Origin: Eledone cirrhosa
Lineage: Eukaryota
Length of the DNA: 64,000 nt
Assembly (NCBI GenBank): GCA_964016885.1
Contig: OZ024745.1
Span: 97,402,001-97,466,000, forward strand
Direction: 5' to 3'
Shown here piece by piece: positions 39,750 through 54,774 of this stretch; position 1 is the first letter of the stretch; the number at the start of each line of letters is the position of its first letter. Below the pieces are notes generated by a model. The model made no database searches. It was not told the origin of the DNA and worked only from the letters and a program-made list of their open reading frames with translations. The position numbers were made by a program, and so were the translations under genes.

Positions 39750-40010
39750 TTTACAGCATGGACTGGGTGCTTTTATTCGTGCCACCAGCACTAGACAGGT
39801 TGTCTTACTGGACTCAGGGGCCTTCTTTACCCCTCCATTTTACAGCATGGACTAGGTGCTTTTATTCGTGCCACCAGCACTAGAGAGGTCGTCTTACTGA
39901 ACTCAGGGGCCCTATCCACCCCTCCATTTTACATGGACTGGGTGTTTTTATTCGTGCCACCAGCACTAGGGAAGTTGTCTTACTGGACTTAGGAGACTTC
40001 TCTACCCCGC
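39750..40010. repeat. ~89-bp tandem repeat, 3 copies
   Basis: CATGGACT(G/A)GGTG(C)TTTTATTCGTGCCACCAGCACTAG x3. Confidence 0.85.
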
Positions 40011-40454
40011 ACCAATTTATTCGGAGTGGTAGCTCTCCTAGACGAGTTGCCTACATTGCGACTTACGGAGCCTCCGTCCGCCCCTTGTCTGTTCTATGAT
40101 ATATTCACGAGGTAGTGGTTAGCATACAGCGTCGGGCATGTATACCGAATGGGGCGGGTTGGTGTGAAGTGAGAACCGTAATGGCTGATACATAGAATTT
40201 TAACATAGTTTCCAAGTCACATACACACAAATATATAAAATAAACAAATACAGCCATATTTACGAAAAGTGAGAGCTTTTACTATCATTTAAGCCGTTAC
40301 ATATACTTTTTGACATAATTTTGGAGATATGGAGAAAGCAAAACCTATATTTAAGAATCCACGTAGAGTAATGATTTTCACGTGCAGAGATAACGGAAAT
40401 CTTCTCGTGGTTGATACATAGAATTTTAACAGAGATTCCAAGTCACATATATTT

Positions 40455-40551
40455 ATAGTGTCCCAAAAATGTATACACACTTTGATTACCTGTCCAAGTA
40501 ATATTTATTAGAATGCTGCTGAAGTGTGTATAAATTTTGGGGGACATCCTG
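40455..40551. mobile_element. Degenerate Tc1/mariner-type MITE
   Basis: GTGTCCCAAAAATGTATACAC ... GTGTATAAATTTTGGGGGACATCCTG|TA; same family as 41885-41961. Confidence 0.6.
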
Positions 40552-40633
<82 letters not shown>

Positions 40634-41288
40634 GAATATAAATCTTCTGTTCGTCGTCTACTCTATAATAACGGGATGCTTTGCAGCAAAAACACGGGTG
40701 AAGAATAAACCAATGTCATGTATAAAAATACGAATTTGCAAACTTCTTCCCGACCATTAGGAAAATAAATGACAAACATCTTTGTTCCATTTTTATAGAT
40801 TCATTTTAATCGCCTTTGTATTTTTCAAATATAATATATTAACAATAACGTTTTACAGTGGGTTACATGATGGAAGATTCAAACTTAAAAAAATGTCAAA
40901 TATAATATATATATATATATATTTAAAAAAATCGAAACAATTGCAAAACAAACAACACTCAATATGTATATATTTATCATGGTAAAAAAAATATATTACA
41001 AAAACGTTTTTTTTTTAATTATTTAAAAAAAAAGCTACACTGTTGAACTCGCTCTCTTTCAACCAATCATTTGATTTCAGTTGCAAATCTTTAAAGTCTA
41101 AAGCGTGCAGGCTCTAAATAAATATAAAAATGATATTTCTAACACGAATGGAAAGGGAAAGAAGGAAATTTACAAAAGAATAAATGAATTAAATTAAAAA
41201 TAAATTAGATCAAATAAAAAAATTAAAAAATGTAACGATAAATAATGAAAGTATGTTAAATATATTAATATCAATAATAATTTATTTA

Positions 41289-41323
<35 letters not shown>

Positions 41324-41784
41324 GTGATAATAATAATAATAATAATAATAATAATTCACTTCCTCCTTCGTACAATTTTCGAGGAGTTTTGGGGCGATAA
41401 AGAAGTGTGGTTTGTTGTACTTAGTGATTTGGTGGGGACGGGAATATCAGAAGACACGACAAGAACGGCATGGATATGAAGAAATGCCTCGAAAAGAATG
41501 AATAGATGACATATAGCAGATAAATTCAGTGGTGTACTTAACAGAGCAAAGAGCAGGGTAAAAGGTTTGTTGGTGCAAAATTCTGAATAGTCATCAGGCT
41601 GGTGACATACTATGCTATCAGAGAATAGAGTTGCCAGTAATTGTAAAAAGTATGCACCAGTTTAATTAAGGATGAAAATTATGGGTAAGTTGATAATTAT
41701 TATTAGTGTATATGTACACTTATGAATTTACACACAAACATATATATATAAATATATATACACCTCTATGTGCATGTATATATA

Positions 41785-41884
<100 letters not shown>

Positions 41885-41961
41885 CAGGGTGTCCTAAATA
41901 TGTATACATACTTCAACAACATCCTAATTGAAATGTGTATACATTTTTGAGGGACACCCTG
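41885..41961. mobile_element. 77-bp Tc1/mariner-type MITE
   Basis: TA|CAGGGTGTCC ... GGACACCCTG|TA. Confidence 0.8.
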
Positions 41962-42001
41962 TATATATATCAGATAATATTTTGGCTTTGCTTGATTAAC
42001 A

Positions 42002-42074
42002 AGTCTGATGAGCAGATCGGGTCTAAAGCATTTATATAGATCCTGAGCCACCCATCTGTGAAACGGTCGTAACT
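42002..42074 (+). ncRNA. Type I hammerhead ribozyme with extended stem II
   Basis: Stem I AGT/ACT, CTGATGA, stem II GCAGAT/ATCTGT enclosing a further hairpin, GAAA-CGGTCG-TA; AATAAA ~10 nt downstream. Confidence 0.7.
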
Positions 42075-42142
42075 GGGTATAATCAATAAAGACCTTAATG
42101 TGAAACCTCGCTTTGTTTTTAATTTATATATACATACATATA

Positions 42143-42222
<80 letters not shown>

Positions 42223-45200
42223 CTGTGTATATATATATGACGGGTAGACATACACTGTGTGTTGAAAACGTTAATGAAAAGAAAACTGATGGCAGCTAAG
42301 GAAGCCAAGATTTATTATACAACACTCAATATCACAAACCTTGAACAAAAATGGCAACCGTTTATATAGTGTTATATAGCAAGAAACAGAGATACTTTAA
42401 AAGATTGCTTTACAACCCAGAATCTAGGTGGACTGATTTATATAATGTATAGAATTACGCGTATAGTCATTTATAATGTTTTATTTACTAAATGCATCAT
42501 ACATAGGTAACTGGATTACGTTTTCGTATTGAAGTATGAAAATAGATAGAAATTTTGAGTCGGTTGGTAATTCATGGAAAATACAACACGGTTAAATGAT
42601 GAATGGATTCCTTACTGGTAGCATTTTTTCTGTTAATATCTAGTTCAACAATAGGGTTCAAGCTCTGAGAATGTTAATTGTAATACACGAAAGTATAACA
42701 ATTTGGAAGCTTCGTTTGAAGACATAAAATGGAAAAATCAATGAACAAAACAAACGTTTGCATTCATTTCTTTAGAATGTTTCTTTTTTTTTTCTTTAAA
42801 AGAACCGTAGAAATAAACATACATTGTTTTTAGGAATTTTTTGTTGTATTTTTAGTGAATTCTAATTTTGAAAAAAACAAACAAGTGCAAGTATATTGGT
42901 TCCTGATAAAATTTCCAATTTTATTGGCATCAAAGTTAAATAGGCAGCTTTTTGGTAGCATTAAATTTGAGCTAGTTTTAATTAGGGATGGGGGACATTT
43001 TGTGACGAGATTATTAGTTCAAGACCTGAGATCTTTAGAACATATCAAAGCAATAAATGCTTCAAAATCTACCCAGTAAAAAACATAGTTGTTTTAGCAC
43101 CCAGGTAATTAAAATATAAATGAAGGTTGGGTGATAAAATGCAATGTAAGTACAGTTGCTTCACATCTAAACCCATGGTGGTCGTCGCCAAGTGATGATG
43201 TTACGGTGACAATCTGGCTCTCCTTGAAACTACTAAAACATTGTAAAAGTTTACTAAATCCAGAAGAGGCCATCACAGTACGGCAGTGACACCGTCACTA
43301 AATGTTCGAATGCTTCAGTAAAAATCTACACAACTTAATGTAAGCAAGGAAAAGGCGGAGGGAAAAGATAAAAGCAAAGACTCCTTACACAGAAAACTGT
43401 TTTCAGTTTAGGATATAGTTTTTTTTTATTTTTTTATTTTTTTATTTTTCAAATGATTTATTGAATTCGATTACATCTAATTGAAAAGCTGGCGTATATT
43501 GCAACGTTTTATAGCATTGTAATTCTGTATTTTCTGTAGATGTCCATCTATTTGATTATAACCTCCTGAATTTGGCAATGCAAACGTAACCACATGCGGA
43601 CGGGATAGGCAACATGGAGAGAACGATAAGAAAAACATTTAACAAATTCACACAAATAATGTAGGATTCAATACTAATTTTTAGTAAGACTCAGCAAAGG
43701 ATAATAGCATCTATTTAACTATAGACACGAAATAACAAAATGTGAAAAATAATATTATGTTAATACAAAGAAATATTGAGTAGATTTTAAAAAAACTGGA
43801 TCTGCGACCCAGTTTCAATTCTCAGTAAGAATTATTTCAACGTTGATACTTTGTGTAACTAAAAAAATGGTCCACTACTAAAAAAAATGTTTGGTCCTGT
43901 CTTTTCATATTTCCTGAAAATGCAAGTCTCACAATTTTCTCAAGTAATGCACTAATTGCTTTTTTCTAATGATGAGAACAGGATCTATACGGAAACTGTG
44001 GTGTTCATGTCTTTCATTATTTAAGGAAACAAAAACAGCTCTAGTTGTGGATTGGAACCAAATCAGTTTTGAGATAACCTACTCTCATATAATGTCTGCA
44101 ATAAAAGCATACAAATATAAGGTAACAAAAGTATTAATGATAGAACTTTCCACACTGAGGTTATGAATATTGGTCCTTATTTTTAGTCTGAGTTGGAAAA
44201 TATAGAACCCTTTCGGTAACCTTAACAACGTAAGTGAAATAAAATAAATTGGGCACGAAGCTGGTGCGGACTTGATTCGGCGGGGGTTTACGTCTACAGT
44301 GCTCGCTACCAAAAACTGCTATATCAATAAGAGAAACTTCTGGGAGAAAATAACCTATAGTACCCACTCCACTTTGTTTCATTTCGGCTTTTTGGAGGTG
44401 GTTGTTTGGTCTCCTCATTTTAAGAAGAGAATGTGCTTGTCATTTGTTAAAAATAATCTTTTAATGGATTCTTTACCCGAAGATCACGATTCTGTAGCCT
44501 TGCATAAAAACCAACATGTGTGTGTGTTAATGCATACGTGAATACACACACACACACATATGCCACTTTACAAATTCATTATTAAGAAACTTGTGGAATT
44601 GACGGATTAAATGCCATATATTACTGGTAGATCTGCTATATTACTGAATACATAACAGATAAACAGAAGGTAAAGTTGTCGCCTGGAATTTGGAACATAT
44701 TCCATAAATATCAAGTATGATGCGTAACCGTTTATATCATGGCCTCTGCCATATTATTATAGAAAATGGACCAAAGTTACAAAATGTCTGCATTGAAATT
44801 TAACTTAATATCAATGCAGCTATGTATTAAAAATAATTTGGAGCACAAGTAATTTGTTTATCTACATTATTTAACTCATTTCGCTGATGTTGTTTTAAAT
44901 GAAATGAAATTTAATAGAAAATTTATTTTAGGTGTTTAATGAATCAAAACTGTCACTTTCCATGTGTAAATTAAGTAGAAGTGATTTGAAAAACAATCAC
45001 ATAGAGAGGATTTCTGCTTTAATTCAGCATGTTAATTCGTAAATCAGAACATATTTCACTTTGCTATATACAAAAAGCATGATGACAGATTGAAGTAAGT
45101 GACCTAGCTAGGACTTCATAGACTCAATATCGGTTTAGACTAATCATCGGTCTTTTCCACACACTCATGAATACGATATCCACTCAAATATATACACATA

Positions 45201-46217
45201 ACATTACAAGTACAAATATAGTTTCTTCCATTTGCTTGTAAATTACATAGAAAGAAAATATTGCTGACTTTTTCGGCAAACAATAATGTAGACAATCTAT
45301 GAAGAAACATGCTGTTGTAGAGCGGCAAATATATGAGGTAATTCTGGAGCAAATATAAGCAAATCGATAGAGTACTAGATAAACAGCTGAGGAACTGATC
45401 ATTCCTAACCTGCCATCAGATTTGCAGTGTGTGTAGCCATGTTAACTGACCTCGTGATAGAGATCATCACTCTAAACACAAATAGCATTCGAAAACTGAC
45501 GAGCGTTTTTCGTTTTTTTTTTTTTCAAGAGTTACGTGAGGTTAGTCGTGTAGTTACTGTCACTAGGCGTTGAGTTCTACTAGTTTCTATAACTACGTAT
45601 TCTATTGAGATGGCGGTGGTTTCTGACCATCAAACAAACAGGAATAAAAATGGCTTTCAATTGCACAATGAATTTTTTTTTTTATAAAGACCCTTTTGTA
45701 TTTTTTTTTTATAAATGTTGTTTTTAATTATACTCACACAAGCTCATGTTTTGTAAAGAGAATGAATATGTATAATTTATGAATCAACTCAGTAAATACT
45801 ATTAGTTCTCATTTTATTGATCCTCTGCTGGGGCCAATAAAGAGGAGTAGAAAGAAGGATTAAGGTGATTCTGGTGGAATTTACATAAATAACAGAGACG
45901 AACGGAAACTAGGTCAACCGATCTGTTGACTATACTGCTAATATTTCTTGTAAAGGGGTAATCGAATAGTCAATTGCAAAGTAGTCATTATATAATATAT
46001 ATATATACAGACATACATGCATATTTATGTATATAGACATATACATACATAATATATATATATACGAGAGAAAGGAGATAAGGCTCAATAAGTAGGAATA
46101 GAGACAGCTACACGACAGAATACGAGAGAGTGTATTAAGGGGACATAATAAAATGATAAATTATGCAGAAAGTTTAGAAAGGAATGTGTTGTGAAAACCC
46201 GGTGGAATTGTTAAAAA

Positions 46218-46599
46218 ATATAATTGTTTCTACTTTGGGCACAGGGCCAGCAATTATCCCAGTGTATTACTGGTACTTTATTTTATCGACTCCGTAAGGA
46301 TGAAAGGCAAAGTTAACCTCGTCGGGATTTGAACTCAGACCATAAAGGGCCGTAACTCTTTGCTGCAAAGCATGGCGTCCGACCCTCTACTGATACTGCC
46401 AATCCACCATAATAATTGTTTCTACTTTTGGCACAAGGCCAGCAATTACCCAGTGTATTACTGGTACTTTATTTTATCGACCCCGTAAGGATGAAAGACA
46501 AAGTTAACCTCGACAGGATTTGAACTCAGAATGGAAAGAGCCGTAACTCTTTGCGTCAAAGCATGGCATCCGACCCTCTACCGATACTGCCAATTCACC
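46218..46599 (-). mobile_element. Head-to-tail dimer of the Nin/Deu-core SINE
   Basis: Two consecutive ~190-bp copies. Confidence 0.88.
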
Positions 46600-47559
46600 A
46601 TAATAATTAACTAGGGTTACTGTTATGACCGCCTATTGCCGAAATCTCGTTATTCAGCATTTCCCCTTACAATCTTTTACTGGTTTCAGTCATCAGACTG
46701 TGGCCATGCTGGGGCACAATATTTCATCTATCTAGAACATATTTAGTTACTAAATACGATGCTTCGAATAGACATTCAAAAAGTAAAACTTTAATAGTGT
46801 TTTGAATGTTGTCACCAGTTAATAAAAGATTAGAAACGTAAATAATAATTTTTAAGTTATTGTTATAAATAGCACAATATTTAAAAATACTTCGATATAT
46901 ATATATATGTAGTAGATTTTGATCAATTTAAAGAGTTTTCACCATATTACACCCTCTTATCTGAGACAAGGCTTTTCCAAACCAGATTATAAAATCAATT
47001 CAAAATGATCGAGATGTTTGTATTAAATATAAATAAACGTTCCGTTCTCCGTTTGTACTTATTTAGTTATGTATCAGCATAATTAGTTATGACCTCAGGC
47101 TTTAGTTGAATAACCACGGAGTCGTATTCAAAGAATTGTTTGTAAGTACACACAAACACACAATCGAGATTTCACGATAGCTAAACACAATATTTGTTGC
47201 GAAAAACGAGAATGAAAGAATAAAAAAAAAAAAGTCTGGATTATAATTTTTCAACATTAACCGAATACCAAGAATAATTAGATTTAATAACACACATTTT
47301 ATGTGAGCTTCACACAGCTGAAACAAGAGACTGTGTATCATTTGAACCAAGTGAGTGCTGTCCTATGTGTAAACATTTAAACATAACTTCAAAGCAAAGA
47401 TCAACTAGACCTCATAAAATGTCGATTTTCACCTTTGTTTTCAGACGTTAAATGTGCAGTTATATCGTAGACAAATAAACATCAAGACCACTATGTAAAA
47501 TATGACAGTATCTCTTTAATACACGATACCACAGCAGCACTATGGTTACACATTACTTG

Positions 47560-47661
<102 letters not shown>

Positions 47662-47869
47662 TATATATAATATATATATATATATTTCATGAAGATATCA
47701 GACGTTTATGGAAAAATACTCTACTTTAGATTATCTCCACTATCGTAACTACTAAAAATTGATGATAACCCTTTCAAAGAAACAACAGAGCTTGATTATG
47801 GAGTAGAAAAAAAATGAACACGTCGGCTCATTGAAATACAATCAAATGTATATATGTGTGCGCGTTTGC

Positions 47870-47979
<110 letters not shown>

Positions 47980-49808
47980 TGTGTGTGTTGGTTTACTAGA
48001 CGGATAATTAAAATAAAACTATGCTACGAACAAATAAACTAACATAATTATAAAGGCAAGAATAGGAAGGAAGTTATGCGGAAATAACAGTCAATAAATA
48101 TCTGCAATACAAAGATCAAAGGATGGGAATTTGAAGTGGCTTTTAAATGTGTTTACATATTGAATATATTGTTCAGTCGTTTAGTTTCCATCTTGTTTTT
48201 CTCCATTCTTGTTATACTGATTACTTTTAATTATTACTAACAGCTAGTTTGGAGAAAATTATAAAAAAAATTTTTTTTAAACCAGACATGTAGTTTTGTC
48301 TTAGCTGTGAAGTCACAAATTTTACTTATTAAATAAACAATTCACTACATGAAAACATACTTGTTCCTTGGTGATACTGTTCGATTGATTTCCAATCATA
48401 TTTGATTTTACATATAAAGGAAATCAATATACAACACTGTATTATTTTGAATATCTAAATACACACAAACATATGTATGTATATATATATACACATACAT
48501 GTTTATTTATGTGTGTGTATATATATATATATGTGTGTGTATATATATATATATATATACACGTGTGAATCAAGTGCTAGAGATGTTAGTGGTAAAAAGC
48601 GATTGACCGTAACCAGGTCAATATTAACTCCAACCGTGACATAACCCATAAAAATAACTGCAGCTTCTCATAACCATTTCTAAGTTTACGTACATTATCC
48701 AATACGTAGAGTCATTTCTCGCCGTGAACAACGATTGTCTGTGCGATTTCTATGTAACCTCGTTATTACAGTGTATGAATTTCTGAACATCGGTCCATGT
48801 GTGTATTTCTAAAATTGGGTCTGTGTGCATGTGTATTTCTTAACATATATATATCTGTGTGTGAGTGTTTACATATAGCTCCATCAGTCAACATTTTGCA
48901 TTATTGAAACACGGAGACATTAACACGTCCGCCATTTTGGACTGGCCCCAATTACAACAAAGCAGTTTAAGACATCCAATGCTTTTATTCATTTTCATTT
49001 TAGTTTCCATTTTTTTTTAAAAGAACATTCATTTTTTTGTTCAATCTTATTACTTAGCACCATTGTCTTGTTGGTTTAACTAAAAAATAAAAAAATAAAA
49101 AACAACAAAAAACATAACCCATACACTAAGATTTGCACACAAATTCTTTTGTCTTACCATGCAAGCAGCTGTTTTTTTTTATCATTATTATATTAATAAA
49201 AATCATTTTGTCACTTTTCTTCTACAATAAGTTTCAATGACAACTTAGAGTAGCAGTTATATTACCAAAGAAATTCCAACAACACCTGGTAGAGCCAAGT
49301 GTTGCCTTGCTAACACAAACACAGCTGAATTATGGCGAATTTTTTTAATGCAATCTTCTTCCTTTGACTTTTTAAGACAATCATTCAAAACTGAGCTCCC
49401 ATCAGCAGTTGCTTGACAGATATGACATAATATATATATATATGATGATATAAAAACAACAACAAAAATAACAACACAGTAGCTATCTAAAGTCGATATA
49501 ATAATAATAATGATGATAATGATAATAATAAGTAATAAATGTATAAAAATGTTTTGTTTTTTTAATTTTTTTTTTCAAGAATCTTATAAGATATAAAACA
49601 ACACTGCGGCATGTAGTTTATTATTGGGATTACTTTTTTTTTTTCACCATTTTGTGAAGAACAAGTTTACCATCGCTTATCCCCCCTGTTAAGTACTCTT
49701 TTTTCTGTCTTTATAAATTGGTTTTGATAGGAAACGACACAATAACATAAATCCATTTTTTTTCTTTAAAATTTTTGTAAGGATTTTTATTCTTATATAT
49801 ATGTATGC

Positions 49809-49888
<80 letters not shown>

Positions 49889-50720
49889 GCATGTATATAT
49901 GTATAAACCCATATGCATGTATATATATATGTATATAATGCATATAAATTATATACATATATGTATATACACACACGTGTATACATATATAGATAATATA
50001 TAATTGACTAGCAAATATTTCTTTAACAATATGCTTTTGAAAAAAATAAATAAAAATAAAAACAGTATTTTCCATGGAAAAAATAGAAGGATGGATTTAG
50101 AAAAAAAAAAGTGTTTATGCTCCTAAATAAAAAAAATAATAATATTTATATTTTGATTTTTTTTAAATTTGGTTTTTTATTTTATTTTATCGTAATGTTG
50201 AGTATATATAAGGAAGTTGATAGATTAAGGAAACAAAAATATAAATAATGCTCCTGATGAAGGATGGATGTGTCTTTTATTTTATTGAATTTATGTTTGA
50301 GATGGAGGATGAGAGAAATAGCTATAAAATTGATTAATGATGAAATATACACAAATGTGTATCGTTGTGAAAAAATAGGCTGAAGATATTAATTTGCAGT
50401 GGGGATCTTTTATACAATGTACAGGCTTGACAGATTGAAAAGACAGAAGCTCAGAAGGATAAGACATCTGGAGTAGAGAGAAAAGAATTATAATCTGTTG
50501 CAATGTGATTTTTTTTTTTCTTTTGCGTTTTAAATATTACGAGGTGTATTTTATTGCCTCTTTTTCAGGTGATTGGAATAGTTCAATCTATTTGGTAAGG
50601 TGTGGAAGCAAAACAGAAAGGGCAATAGAGAATGGTGATATAGTTGAGATAATAACTAGCGAAAATTATGAATAGCTGCATATGTATTAACATGGAACCT
50701 TGTAATGTACATTATAAATA

Positions 50721-50775
<55 letters not shown>

Positions 50776-50899
50776 TAGCCCTTATGATGTTAGAAACAAT
50801 GTGTTGTATTTCAATACCCAAACCAGATATAAACAGTTTATTGTAAATGCTATTATTAACGTAAAAATAATTAGTATAGTAATAGTAATGATAATTTCT

Positions 50900-51287
50900 T
50901 TGACTAGGCATAAGGCCAAGGGGCGAAGGATATAGATAACTGAGTCAATTCAATCTATTATTGTTACTTATATAATTGATCCCAGAAGGATAAAAGGCAA
51001 AGTCGATTGAGGAGTTCAGAACAGTGAGGCACCAAACTAAAGCATTTCTGTATGATTCTCTACTGTTTCAACCTTCTCCAATAATAATAATAATAATAAT
51101 AATAATAATTGTTTCTACTATTGGCACAAGGCCAGCAATTACCCAGTACATTACTGGTACTTTATTTTATCAACCACGTAAGGATGAAAGGCAAAGTTAA
51201 CCTCGACGGGATTTGAACTCAGAATGGCAAGAGTCGTAACTCTATGCGTCAAAGCATGGCGCCCGACCCTCTACCGATACTGCCAAT
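50900..51287 (-). mobile_element. SINE copies (one old, one young), separated by (AAT)n
   Basis: Core motifs at ~50985 and ~51150-51220. Confidence 0.8.
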
Positions 51288-52744
51288 ATAATAGTAATGG
51301 TAATAATAAAGCAAGAGAATTCAGGAAGGTAGATTAATTAACAGAAGGCATCATTAGATGGTGCATATAACAAGATATAATCAGACAACTACATGGAAAT
51401 CTAGTTTGATATTTAACAAGATGGGAAAATTCTATGGTAAGCTGTACTTGGCACAAAGCAGTCTTCTTTCAAAATGTATGTGAATGTATAGGTAGTTATT
51501 TAAGATATTGTGAATGTGCACATATGTGTGTGTTTGTGCTCTTGTATGTGTATGTGGCATGAATTCAAAGAGCCAAAACACATAAACAATTCCCCACCCC
51601 CACCACTACTTTCCGTCAGTGAAGTGTTTAAAAATCAATGCTATTTTTTTTTCTGGGCAAGTTTTTTCAACCATGAATAAATTTTAATGTAATTTTAGAT
51701 ATTTGAATCAAATGTTCAAAAATAACAAAAAAATAAAAATTAAAATATTAAAAAAAAAAAAATTAGCTTTTAACATGAGCAATCTCTATTATTAGCAATT
51801 TTCATCATTTAATTGGCCAACAATTAAGAGTAAAATGTGACATTTGATTTGAAAACACCCTACAGCCTTAATCTGTTTACTGTGTGCTTCATTTGAACTC
51901 AAATTTAGAGATGACAAAATATCTAAATAAGTAAACAAAACACCATGAATCAATATAAAAAAAAAAGGTCTATAATAGTGATTTGTTTTGTTAAAGGTAA
52001 AATAATTAAAGATACATAAACATGAGAACGTTTAGATGTTATACGATACTGAAATCTAGGCCACAGTATTTCTAAGGGCAGTGTGTGTTGGAACAGTTGA
52101 CATTTTATCAACATTTCACCAACAGTCACGAGATAAATGCTACTGCATAATTCAATCACAAAGCCCAAGGTAGGTTGTAATGTTTATACTTTTCCCAAAT
52201 GCAACAGTAACTCAAGTAATTTTAATTTGGAATCGAAACCAAGTTTATTTATTTCAATTCTTTTTATTCCTTAAAAGAAAAGTAACCAAAATGGTGCAGT
52301 TTCAGTTTGATACAAAAAAAGTAACTCAGTCTTGGGTGTGAGAACTTATAGTTACAACACCAAAGCTTTCTTGAATGTGAGAGTCTGTAGTCAACAAAAT
52401 GAAGCATAGTTCTTGAATAGATTTCATTGGTGAGACATAAAATTTAGATACTAGCAGCAATGTTTAAATTAAGCTAATAGAGTAACAAAGTAAACTTTTT
52501 ATTACTTCTGTGATATTCTGTACCATTAATGGCACTGCCTTTTTTATATTAGTAACACTATCAATATGAATTTATTTTAAAAATCAAGCACGATTCTTAT
52601 ATGTATATAATTTTTTTAAAAGTCAAGCCCGATTTCTTATATATATATATGAAATTGTGCTTGAGTTTTAAAGGGTCAGAACTCAGCCGTTGGGGTCCTG
52701 ACTCTTTTCATATATATACATACATACATATGTATATATATATA

Positions 52745-52866
52745 TGAAAAGATTCAGGACCCTGACGGCTGAGCTCTGGCCGTTTCGACAGCTAGATCCA
52801 AACTTTAGTTCGGTTCTAGCTGTCGAAATAGCCGAAGCTCAGCCATCGGAGTCCTGGATCTTTTCA
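52745..52866. mobile_element. 122-bp palindromic foldback MITE in TA context
   Basis: TGAAAAGAT...ATCTTTTCA, paired along nearly its whole length with scattered mismatches; partial arms at ~52676-52710 and ~470-517. Confidence 0.75.
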
Positions 52867-54774
52867 TATTTCCCACTCTACTACCCCAAATGTCGAGTAC
52901 TCTGGAGGGTTATGATCTACCTGGTTTTTACCAAGCCCTATCTGATATATATATATATATATAAAGAGAAGTGAGGTTATGATGTTCATTATGATCTTTA
53001 AAAAAACTCACAATGTAACAGAGTAATTAGTATGTAGGATATAACCAAAACAGATTGCCATAAATTGCTGTTGACTAAAGAACCTATACAGTTGTGAACA
53101 GAGATAAAATTAAGCAGCTTTAGAATATCAGAATTTGAAAAGCAAACAGTTTCAATTAAAATTACTTAAACCTACTGTATACTGTAGTTTAAGAATTTAT
53201 AAAAAAAATTTTTTAAAGTTGGACCACCAAGCAGATGCCAGACCTATATTTTAAAAAGTGTCCTTCGTTCAGTAGTAGTCACTGTCTGAGCACTGCACCA
53301 TAGCATCTTTTGTCACTAAGTGGTCAGTCCTCAGTAGGGGATTGGGAAGAGGGGACACCGGGAATTTGAAACAGCAACCATTAAGGTTGAAGATCAGAGG
53401 CTTCACTGAAGTATTCAATATCCGATGCCATACACTAAGTAATGTAATGCAAAGTTGTCTCAGAAATTAACTGCCAAATTACATCAATGTCATGATTCCA
53501 TGATAAAGAAATAAGAATGGAAAGAGAAAAGTAATGATAAAAAATTACTAAGAAATAAAATAAAAATCCCAAAACAAAAAAAAATGTTAATTTTTGAAAA
53601 TAAAAAAAAACACGGTGGAAATAAAATTTAAAAAAAAATTCATGTTAGGCTAATGAAGATTTTTTTTCATTAATTCTAAGAGATAATACTAATAATGGTG
53701 GAAAGCAAATGGAATTTGAACTTATTCTATACAAAACGTTTAATTTATTTAATTTTTTTTTTCAAGGAAGGAAAATGAATGTGGGAGTAGTAAAGGCAAC
53801 CCGCATTAAAGTGGCCAATTTATCTGTTAATGTTCATTAAAACACAAACTTCCATTTCTATGTGGAAGAAGATTTTGGTCCAGTTACTGACTAATCAGTA
53901 AAAAATAACAGTTTATAAGCATTGATAATAAAATGAGGGAAACAATTTTCAATAAAAAATAAGAAAGTTTGAATATAAAAAGTCAGAAGAAAGAACTAAG
54001 TTAAAATATGAAAAAATAATCAAAACCAATATCGAATATTTTTTTTCATTTTCTGAATAGTTTTTATATTTTTTTTTATCATTTTTTTTTCTTTTTTTTC
54101 TTTTTTTACTTTTTGGTAAACCTCAAATAGCAGCAGATACACCACTTGACAGAATAAAAATAACAAAAACAATTTTTTTTTTCTTTTAATGAAAATTTGA
54201 CAAAAAACAGCCAAAAGAAACAAATTTTTATAATAGTAATAATATTAATAATATTAAAAATAATAATAATAATAAAACAAAAAATACTGATATATTTCAA
54301 TTGTGAAAAGTACCATTTTTGTAAAAAAAAAAAAAAAATAAAAAAAAATAAGTTGAGAAGTTTTGATATTTATAAAATGTTTGACAAAAATTGCTAGCAT
54401 AGAAAAAAAGTCACTGAGGATGTTGTTTTTTTATATAAAAGAAAAAAGGAAAAAGTACATTGAAATAAAACTATGCATGTATATAATATGGATGCACATA
54501 GGTGTGAGTTTCTGCTTGTATGTGTGTGTGTATGTATGTATGTATGCAAGTGTTATCTGACCAGAATAGCTTTAGTTTGATAGGGTTGGAGTGAGGTGGG
54601 AGGGTTATTTTAAGGATAAGATTATCTTAATCGTTTAACATCCACTTCATTTAATCCAATTAATAATCGGCCACACATCAATGACACCTTTACCCCACCC
54701 CCTCCCCCCTCCCACTGGATTGTTCTGGAAGAATTTCTAATTTAGGGTGGGAGAATTAATGGTAATAATAATAA

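Noticed and set aside
45590-45660. Promoter suggested by YY1-like GATGGCGG (and CCGCCATTTT at ~48928)
   Set aside because: Isolated short motifs with no linked exon or other support
50253-50270. CTGATGAAGG hammerhead start (also on the minus strand near 9185)
   Set aside because: No convincing stem II plus GAAA downstream
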